DNA from: Candidatus Kuenenbacteria bacterium HGW-Kuenenbacteria-1
GTDB taxonomy: Bacteria; Patescibacteriota; Patescibacteriia; UBA2591; PGYQ01
Direction: 5' to 3'
DNA length: 64,000 nucleotides
NCBI GenBank assembly: GCA_002839745.1
Contig: PGYQ01000001.1
Coordinates: 16,775 to 80,774, forward strand
Below the pieces are notes generated by a model, which was not told where the DNA came from, searched no databases, and saw only the letters and a program-made list of their open reading frames with translations. The position numbers and the translations under genes were made by a program. Shown piece after piece: positions 57,505 through 64,000 of the stretch. Position 1 is the first letter of the stretch. Every line of letters starts with the position of its first letter.

Positions 57505-57699
57505 TTATGAGACGCTCCATTTTGTTATCGTAAACAATTTTAGTAATGGAGCGTCTGAAATGCTTTTATTGATTGAAGGGTGGCTTTTTTCTGACCATGC
57601 CCACCAAAGATAACCGCCAATGGCTATAACGGCGATTATTGCTATTCCAATTGTTGTTGGACTTGACCAATCTATGTTTGTTAGAAAATTTGTTGGCAT
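57505..57699 (-). CDS. Small hydrophobic membrane protein (64 aa)
   Basis: One TM helix TIGIAIIAVIAIGGYLWWAW; island cargo. Confidence 0.35.
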   Translation of the reverse strand: MPTNFLTNIDWSSPTTIGIAIIAVIAIGGYLWWAWSEKSHPSINKSISDAPLLKLFTITKWSVS

Positions 57700-57744
57700 A
57701 ATTTTACATCCTTTCTAATTAATCTATAAAACCCTTGAGGCGGG

Positions 57745-57960
57745 CTAATCCTCGACTTTTTTTGATTTTTTATATTCCTTTTCCCAAATAGGATCAAAAA
57801 CCTTAGCTAAATCTTTGTCATAATTTATCATTTTTTTGTTATATTCCTTGTCTTGCAAGGCCTGCTTTGCCGACTCATCAATAGGTTCAGGTTTATCTTC
57901 GTCAATAAATTCTCTCATTTTTTTATAATTTTTACTTTGAACTTGTTTTTTCAGTTTCAA
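57745..57960 (-). CDS. Hypothetical small charged protein (71 aa)
   Basis: ORF only; overlaps upstream 70-aa ORF by 29 nt. Confidence 0.3.
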   Translation of the reverse strand: MKLKKQVQSKNYKKMREFIDEDKPEPIDESAKQALQDKEYNKKMINYDKDLAKVFDPIWEKEYKKSKKVED

Positions 57961-58144
57961 AATTCTTTAAGAATAATTTGGTAGCTTCGATTTCTGCCTG
58001 ATTTCCGACCTTTATTATTTTTTCTATAATTTCCCACTGCTCATCTCGGTATTTTTTACCTTTGATTTTGCCGTGAAAATTATCCAACACCAACATTTCA
58101 AACTCGTTGATGTGTTTTACTAATTTTGAATTTGTTTCTATCAT
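57932..58144 (-). CDS. Hypothetical small protein (70 aa)
   Basis: ORF only; possible two-gene module with 57745..57960. Confidence 0.3.
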   Translation of the reverse strand: MIETNSKLVKHINEFEMLVLDNFHGKIKGKKYRDEQWEIIEKIIKVGNQAEIEATKLFLKNFETEKTSSK

Positions 58145-58316
58145 AAGTTTATTTATTTAATTTTTTAGTCAAAGTGTCCAAACTTATAATTAAATATATT
58201 TGAATATATCGGCCCAAATAAAATAAGATGCACTTCAACAGCAAGATATTTTGTGGCGATATTAAAACGTCCATCCTTATCTAGCCTTCTGACAGATACG
58301 GGTATTTGAATACTTT

Positions 58317-58865
58317 TCAAAAAATCGAATTTCTCAATTCTCTGCCTATCCTTAAAACGTAATCGTGGTCTTCGGCTAATTTAATTTTTTCATCAAAGCC
58401 ACCTATTAATTGATGGACTTCTTTCTTGGCAAAGATACAAAAACCTGGCGCATGAGAAAACCTTTTTTTAGTTGCCTGAAAATATAAATTAACTGCGCCA
58501 TGCAAAAACTTATCTATTTTTCTGTCGCTCAAGGGATTAATCAAACAAGAAGCGGAAGAAAGAGTTGAACCGTTAATTTCTTTAACAGCCTTCTCTAAAA
58601 AATCAGGCGGTAAAATTACATCAGCGTCTAAAAACAATAGCCACTCACCACGAGCAACCTTAGCGCCATTATTACGACCGCAAGCCGGCAATCCGCCCCC
58701 AACCACTTTTGCTCCGCTTTTTAAAGCAATCAAGCGTGTAGTATCAGTTAAATTATTGTCGGCCACAATAATTTCAAAATCTTTAAATACCTGATCTTTA
58801 AGAGATTTTAAAAGATGCGGTAAAAATTTTTCTTCGTTGAAAGTTGGAATAACAATGCTTAACAT
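58317..58865 (-). CDS. Family 2 glycosyltransferase (short, 182 aa)
   Basis: MLSIVIPTFNEEKFLPHLLKSL N-terminus and LFLDADV (DxD) motif. Confidence 0.7.
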   Translation of the reverse strand: MLSIVIPTFNEEKFLPHLLKSLKDQVFKDFEIIVADNNLTDTTRLIALKSGAKVVGGGLPACGRNNGAKVARGEWLLFLDADVILPPDFLEKAVKEINGSTLSSASCLINPLSDRKIDKFLHGAVNLYFQATKKRFSHAPGFCIFAKKEVHQLIGGFDEKIKLAEDHDYVLRIGRELRNSIF

Positions 58866-58876
58866 AAATTTATGAT

Positions 58877-59464
58877 TTAAAATAAAATCGTAACAATTTG
58901 ATTAGATACTTTTTCAGAGTCAATTTTTTTATTTAAAAAAGAATACTCCAAAAGTAATCCGTCCATCATACCAGTAAGCAAAGATGTTAATAATCGACTA
59001 TCAACTTTTTTATTTAATTTTTTGCTTGAAAAAACTTCCTCTATCACTGGCTGAATTACATTAGCAACCTGTTCTCTTAATTTTTCGGTTCGCTTTGTTA
59101 TTTTAGAGTCAGCTGGCGAAAGTTTTACAACTAAAGCCTTGATAAGATTTTTTTCCTTAAAACCAAAATCTAAATAATTTTTAATTATTTTGTGCAATTT
59201 TTTATCAACCGCAGTTTCGCTTAATGCTTGAGTAAGGGTTAGATTTAAATCATTAAAAACATTATCAATCACTTTTCCATAGATTTCTGCTTTGCCGGTG
59301 AAATGATAATAAAGCGCAGCTTTGGTAATATTTAATTTTTTTGCAATATCATTCATTGAAACACCCAAATAGCTATATTCAGAAAAAAACTTACGGGCTG
59401 TATTAATGATGTGATTCTTGGTGTCTTGAATAACACCCTCAGATTTTTTTGCAATTATTTCCAT
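58877..59464 (-). CDS. TetR/AcrR-family transcriptional regulator
   Basis: N-terminal HTH ARKFFSEYSYLGVSMNDIAKKLNITKAALYYHF. Confidence 0.8.
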   Translation of the reverse strand: MEIIAKKSEGVIQDTKNHIINTARKFFSEYSYLGVSMNDIAKKLNITKAALYYHFTGKAEIYGKVIDNVFNDLNLTLTQALSETAVDKKLHKIIKNYLDFGFKEKNLIKALVVKLSPADSKITKRTEKLREQVANVIQPVIEEVFSSKKLNKKVDSRLLTSLLTGMMDGLLLEYSFLNKKIDSEKVSNQIVTILF

Positions 59465-59486
59465 ATTTTTTATAATTTTATTATTG

Positions 59487-59510
59487 TATACTTACCACTC
59501 GGTAAGTATA
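59487..59510. promoter_or_regulatory. Perfect palindrome TATACTTACC-ACTC-GGTAAGTATA immediately upstream of tetR start (candidate TetR operator)
   Basis: 10-bp arms, 4-bp spacer, 23 bp from the tetR ATG on the minus strand. Confidence 0.55.
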
Positions 59511-59803
59511 TCAGAAAGGATAAATATCTGTCAAGCAAAAATTTACAAAGACGATAATATTTGTTAAACTTATAATTAAGAAATAGTTTTAGGCGGCGCG
59601 CCAGCTTTGCTGGCACGAAAAATTGCGGCGGCGAAAAAAGAAGCGGCGAAAGCGAGGGCGGGCAAAAATTCCTTCCTCCCAACCCTCTTCCTTTTTGCCC
59701 GCCCGAGCGTTCGGTTTCGGTTCTGCTACGCGAAACGCGGCAATCAGTCAGTTTCGTTCAAAAAAAAGGTTCGCGCATTTTCAAACAATGGGCACCAAAT
59801 TGG

Positions 59804-59825
59804 AGACCCTACAAAAAAAATTATA
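59804..59825 (+). repeat. Dispersed motif copy D (gagaccctacaaaaaaaatta) fused to the tRNA-3'-end direct repeat
   Basis: Same 11-nt core gagaccctaca as copies A/B/C. Confidence 0.6.
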
Positions 59826-59901
59826 CACATTCTTGATAAATTTTAAAAATTTGATATTATATAAAAAATAAGTAATTTATTTATTTTTATAATTAATTTT
59901 T

Positions 59902-60909
59902 ATGCAAAAAGAATTAAAAACGTCAGATAAAAACAAGGCTACTTTTGAAGCGATTTCTCAAATTAAAGAACGCTTTGGTGAAGGATCAATTATGAAATTA
60001 GGTGAATCTAAAACAATGAAAGTAGAAACAATTCCTACTGGTTGTCTTTCTTTAGATATTGCCTTGGGAGTGATGGGTGTTCCTAGAGGACGAATAACGG
60101 AAATTTTTGGTTTGGAAGCTTCAGGGAAAACAACTTTAACTCAACATATAATTGCTGAGGTTCAAAAACAAGGCGGAATAGCTGCTTTTATTGATGCTGA
60201 ACACGCTCTTGATCCAGAATATGCTAAAAAAATAGGAGTTAATATTGATGAACTTTTAATTTCTCAGCCAGACACAGGAGAACAGGCTTTGGAAATTGTT
60301 GAAACATTAGTTCGTTCTAATGGTATTGATGTAATTGTAATTGATTCTGTTGCCGCGTTAACACCAAAAGCTGAAATAGAAGGGGAAATGGGAGATTCGC
60401 ATATGGGCTTGCAGGCAAGATTAATGAGTCAGGCTTTAAGAAAATTAACAGCAATTGTGAGTAAAACAAAAACTGCGGTAATTTTTATTAATCAAGTAAG
60501 AATGAAAATTGGGGTATTTTTTGGAAATCCAGAAACCACGACTGGTGGTATGGCTTTAAAATTTTATTCTTCAGTTCGAATTGAAGTGAGAAAAGCAGTA
60601 CAAATTAAACAAGCGGAGAAAATTATTGGTAATCGAGTTAAAGCTAAAATAGTTAAAAATAAAGTTGCCGCTCCTTTTAAAGTTTGTGAATTTGATATAA
60701 TGTATAATGAAGGAATTTCTATTACCGGTGATCTTTTAGATTTAGGAGTAGAACATAAAGTGATTTCTAAAACAGGAAATTCTTATTCTTTTAAAGAAAC
60801 AAAATTAGGTGTTGGTCGTGAAGTAACAAAGAATTTTTTAAAAGAAAATTCTAAATTACAAAAAGAAATTAGAGAGGAAATTTTAAAAACCATAAAAGAT
60901 GAATTATAA
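59902..60909 (+). CDS. recA: Recombinase RecA
   Basis: [17 protein letters not shown] Walker A, L1/L2 loop regions, 335 aa. Confidence 0.95.
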   Translation: MQKELKTSDKNKATFEAISQIKERFGEGSIMKLGESKTMKVETIPTGCLSLDIALGVMGVPRGRITEIFGLEASGKTTLTQHIIAEVQKQGGIAAFIDAEHALDPEYAKKIGVNIDELLISQPDTGEQALEIVETLVRSNGIDVIVIDSVAALTPKAEIEGEMGDSHMGLQARLMSQALRKLTAIVSKTKTAVIFINQVRMKIGVFFGNPETTTGGMALKFYSSVRIEVRKAVQIKQAEKIIGNRVKAKIVKNKVAAPFKVCEFDIMYNEGISITGDLLDLGVEHKVISKTGNSYSFKETKLGVGREVTKNFLKENSKLQKEIREEILKTIKDEL

Positions 60910-60945
60910 ATTATAAATTTAAAATTAATTTTATTTGTAAATTTT

Positions 60946-61371
60946 ATGTCCAATCGTCATTTAGCGCGGTCTATTATTTTGCAAACACTTTATCAATGGG
61001 ATTTTAATGAAGAGAAAAATGAACAAATACTAGTTATTTTAAATAATAATTTAAAAAATTTTGCTTCAGAAATTAATAATCAAGATTTTATAGAAAAAAT
61101 AATAAATGGAATTATTAAAAATATAAAAGAAATAAATCAATGTATTCAAAAATATGCACCCGAATGGCCAATCGAAAATATTACCGTTGTTGATCGCAAT
61201 GTTTTAAGAATAGGAATTTATGAACTTATTTTTTCTTCTGAAGTTCCTCCCAAAGTAGCTATTAATGAAAGTATAGAATTAGCAAAAACATTTGGCGGGG
61301 ATTCTTCTGGAAAATTTGTTAGTGGTGTTTTAGGCGCTCTTTATAAGGATAATTTTGAAAATAAAAAATGA
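60946..61371 (+). CDS. nusB: Transcription antitermination factor NusB
   Basis: [18 protein letters not shown]-terminus and all-helical 141-aa size. Confidence 0.8.
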   Translation: MSNRHLARSIILQTLYQWDFNEEKNEQILVILNNNLKNFASEINNQDFIEKIINGIIKNIKEINQCIQKYAPEWPIENITVVDRNVLRIGIYELIFSSEVPPKVAINESIELAKTFGGDSSGKFVSGVLGALYKDNFENKK

Positions 61372-62072
61372 AAAAAAATTTATCTGAATTAGAAAAAAAA
61401 ATAAATATAATTTTTAAAAATAAGGATTTATTAAAACAAGCTTTAATTCATCGGTCTTATTTAAATGAAAATCCAAATTTTTCTTTAGGACATAATGAAC
61501 GTTTAGAATTTTTAGGAGACGCTGTTTTAGAATTAGTTGTCACAGAATTTTTATATATTTTGTATCCAAATAAACCAGAAGGAGAATTAACTAATCTTAG
61601 AGCAAGTTTAGTAAATTCTCAAATGCTTTCTGAATTGGCCTTTGAACTTGATTTAGATGAATATATTTTTTTAAGCAGAGGAGAAGCGCAAGAAAATTCA
61701 AAAGGAAAAGCGCGACGTTATATTTTAGCTAATGCAGTAGAAGCTTTAATCGGAGCTATTTATTTAGATCAAGATTACAAGAAAACAAAGAAATTTATTG
61801 AAAAATATTTTTTAGTAAAATTACCTGAAATTTTAATTCAAAAAACTTACATTGATCCAAAAAGTAAATTTCAAGAAATTGCGCAAGAAAAGGAAAAGGT
61901 AACTCCTTTTTATAAAGTTTTAAAAGAAACTGGGCCTGATCACGCCAAACATTTTCAAATAGGGGTTTATTTAGAAGAAGAATTAATAGCTAAAGGAGAA
62001 GGAGAGTCTAAACAAGAAGCGCAAGTAAGCGCGGCAAAAGAAGCTTTAAAGTTAAAGAAGTGGGAATATTAA
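61368..62072 (+). CDS. rnc: Ribonuclease III
   Basis: [20 protein letters not shown] signature and C-terminal dsRBD. Confidence 0.9.
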   Translation: MKKNLSELEKKINIIFKNKDLLKQALIHRSYLNENPNFSLGHNERLEFLGDAVLELVVTEFLYILYPNKPEGELTNLRASLVNSQMLSELAFELDLDEYIFLSRGEAQENSKGKARRYILANAVEALIGAIYLDQDYKKTKKFIEKYFLVKLPEILIQKTYIDPKSKFQEIAQEKEKVTPFYKVLKETGPDHAKHFQIGVYLEEELIAKGEGESKQEAQVSAAKEALKLKKWEY

Positions 62073-62117
62073 ATAAAAATTAAAAGTTTATAATTTAATT
62101 AAGGTAATATTTAAAAT

Positions 62118-62148
62118 AAAAACTGATCTTAAAAAGGGTCAGTTTTAA
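62118..62148 (+). terminator. Terminator candidate after rnc
   Basis: aaaactga-tcttaaaaaggg-tcagtttt hairpin. Confidence 0.5.
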
Positions 62149-62185
62149 AATTGTCAAAAAGATATAAATTTAGTATACTTATTTT

Positions 62186-62947
62186 ATGTGTAAAATAATT
62201 TCAATTGTTAATCAAAAAGGTGGAGTAGGAAAAACAACAACTGCTGTTAATTTAGGGGCTTTTTTAGCAAAATTAGGAAAATCTGTTTTATTAATTGATT
62301 TTGATCCCCAAGGCAATGCCTCTTCGGGCACAGGAATTGAATGTAAAAACAAAGAAAAAGGAGTTTATGAAGTTTTGATAGGAAAAAAAATATTTAAAGA
62401 AATAATTCAACCAACTTTTTTTTCTAATTATTATGTTGCTCCATCCAATGAGTCTTTAGCTGGCGCGACAATAGAATTAATTAATTTAAAAGACAGAGAA
62501 TTTTGTTTAGCAAAAGCTATTTTAGAAATTAAAAATAATTATGATTATATTATTATTGATTGCCCGCCATCTCTTTGTCTTTTAACAATCAATGCTTTAA
62601 TGGCGACAGATAAAATTTTAATTCCAGTTCAAGCTGAATATTATGCCTTAGAAGGTTTAGCACAACTTTTAAAAACAATTAATCTTGTTCAAAAAAATTT
62701 AAAACCAGAGTTAGAAATTTTAGGGGCAGTGATTACAATGTATGACAAAAGAAATAAATTATCTGAAGCTGTTTTGCAGGAACTTCATCAACATTTTCCT
62801 TATAAAATTTTTCAATCAATTATTCCTCGATCAGTAAGATTAGCTGAAGCTCCTAGTTTTGGACAGACAATTTTACAGTTTGATCCAATTTCAAAAGGAG
62901 CTGAAGCTTATGAAAAATTGGCCATGGAAATTTTAGATGCATTTTAA
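62186..62947 (+). CDS. parA: Chromosome partitioning ATPase ParA/Soj
   Basis: KGGVGKTTTAVNLGAFLA deviant Walker A. Confidence 0.9.
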   Translation: MCKIISIVNQKGGVGKTTTAVNLGAFLAKLGKSVLLIDFDPQGNASSGTGIECKNKEKGVYEVLIGKKIFKEIIQPTFFSNYYVAPSNESLAGATIELINLKDREFCLAKAILEIKNNYDYIIIDCPPSLCLLTINALMATDKILIPVQAEYYALEGLAQLLKTINLVQKNLKPELEILGAVITMYDKRNKLSEAVLQELHQHFPYKIFQSIIPRSVRLAEAPSFGQTILQFDPISKGAEAYEKLAMEILDAF

Positions 62948-63866
62948 TATTTTAAAAGCTAATGCTATTTTTATTATGAAACATTTAGGACGTGGATTAG
63001 GAGCTTTAATTCCTAATCAAAATATTTCTCAAAAAAATTTTAAAAAAGAAAAAAAATCTTCTGATTATTTTAATTTTGATCAAAAAGAAAAAAATCAAAA
63101 TGGTGTTTTTGAAATATTAATAGAAAAAATTAAAAAAAATTCCAAACAACCTAGACAAAATTTTAATCCCGAGGCAATGGAAGAATTGGTTGATTCTATT
63201 TTAGAGCATGGAATTTTACAACCCTTGGTGGTTAGTAAAGACAAAGAGCAGGGATTTTTTGAATTAATTGCTGGCGAAAGAAGATTAAGAGCATCTCAGA
63301 TAGCTGGATTAAAAACCGTGCCAGTAGTAGTTCAAAAAGTAAATGCGTCAAAAAAATTACAATTGGCTTTGGTAGAAAATATCCAAAGACAAAATTTAAA
63401 TCCTGTTGAAGAAGCGCGAGCCTATCAAAGATTAATAGATGAATTTCATTTAACACAAGAAGAAGTTGCAAAAAAAGTGGGCAAGAATCGAGCGACGATC
63501 GCTAATATTTTAAGAGTTTTGATTTTGCCAAAAAAAATTCATGAGGCTTTGATTTTAGGTAAAATTAGTTTAGGGCATGCAAAAATAATTTTAGGTTTAA
63601 ATAATCCCAATGAGCAATTAAAACTTTTTGAAAAAATTCTTTTAAACGAATTAAGTGTGAGAGCAGTAGAAAATATAAAAAAGAAAAGCAAGCAAATTAA
63701 AAAAAATATTTTATTAGACCCTAATTTAAAAGAAAAAGAAGAAAATTTAAGAGAAACCTTAGGAACAAAAGTTAAAATTTTACCTCAAGAAAAGGGTGGA
63801 CAAATTATTATTGAATATTATTCAGACGAGGAATTGATTGAAATAGTAAAAAAAATAGTTAAATAA
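62937..63866 (+). CDS. parB: Chromosome partitioning protein ParB/Spo0J
   Basis: ELIAGERRLRASQIAGL ParB box and HTH. Confidence 0.9.
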   Translation: MHFNILKANAIFIMKHLGRGLGALIPNQNISQKNFKKEKKSSDYFNFDQKEKNQNGVFEILIEKIKKNSKQPRQNFNPEAMEELVDSILEHGILQPLVVSKDKEQGFFELIAGERRLRASQIAGLKTVPVVVQKVNASKKLQLALVENIQRQNLNPVEEARAYQRLIDEFHLTQEEVAKKVGKNRATIANILRVLILPKKIHEALILGKISLGHAKIILGLNNPNEQLKLFEKILLNELSVRAVENIKKKSKQIKKNILLDPNLKEKEENLRETLGTKVKILPQEKGGQIIIEYYSDEELIEIVKKIVK

Positions 63867-63868
63867 AT

Positions 63869-64000
63869 ATGTCAAAATTAAGCAAAAAACTTATCTCTCA
63901 ACAAATAGGGCAGGGAATAATTGAACATTTGCATTTTAAAACACAAGAACAAGAGGTTCAAAAAGTAATAGAAAAAATTATAGAATTACAATCAAATGTC
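63869..64000 (+). CDS. Partial ORF (N-terminal 44 aa, continues beyond window)
   Basis: ATG at 63869, open to window end (MSKLSKKLISQQIGQG...). Confidence 0.3.
   Translation, partial: MSKLSKKLISQQIGQGIIEHLHFKTQEQEVQKVIEKIIELQSNV

Larger units (their letters stand above)
56094..59804. mobile_element. ~3.7 kb integrated island at tRNA-Leu 3' end bounded by 16-bp direct repeat TGGGCACCAAATTGGA (56085-56100 and 59789-59804)
   Basis: Direct repeat includes tRNA 3' terminus; cargo has visibly higher G+C; contains IS transposase remnant, AttH/CrtC-like gene, GT2, TetR; no intact integrase. Confidence 0.5.

Noticed and set aside
59470-59871. Three overlapping ORFs (59470..59682 -, 59607..59846 +, 59623..59871 +)
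   Set aside because: Located in a G+C-rich structured non-coding segment and the tetR promoter/operator; mutually overlapping, low-complexity products (Ala/Lys/Arg runs) typical of GC-rich noise.

Overview
This 64 kb window is very AT-rich (roughly a quarter to a third G+C by eye) and gene-dense. Most of it is a housekeeping backbone: nusG, rpsI, cysS, glgA, dnaX, rseP, frr, holB, mreB, ndk, a four-subunit pyruvate:ferredoxin oxidoreductase, gatB, miaA/miaB, leuS, a P-type ATPase, xerC-like, secY, trxB, a SWIM-SNF2 helicase, dprA-topA, recA, nusB, rnc and parAB. There are five tRNAs (Cys, Gln, Trp, Arg, Leu). Small size, PFOR-based metabolism, and many TPR/repeat membrane proteins suggest a small-genome Patescibacteria/CPR-like bacterium; this is inference from composition and gene content only. 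The unusual content is three classes of small repeats and several visibly G+C-richer acquired segments. (i) Short G+C-rich palindromic repeats occur in intergenic gaps and are inserted in frame into a P-type ATPase and dnaX, much like Rickettsia palindromic elements. (ii) 7-bp tandem repeats (AAAGTTR/GACATTT/TTATAAW types) occur at ≥15 sites, including inside the dnaX, porA, miaB and xerC reading frames. (iii) A dispersed ~26–45 bp motif (GAGACCCTACATAAAATTGTGTCTG) in five copies is tied to decayed IS4/IS5-like transposase remnants. The G+C-richer segments are a ~3.7 kb island at the tRNA-Leu 3' end bounded by a 16-bp direct repeat (AttH/CrtC-like hydrolase, GT2, TetR with operator palindrome, small ORFs, IS remnant), a foreign PEP-CTERM protein gene, and a small Cys-containing membrane protein. 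No rRNA, CRISPR array or reverse transcriptase was seen.
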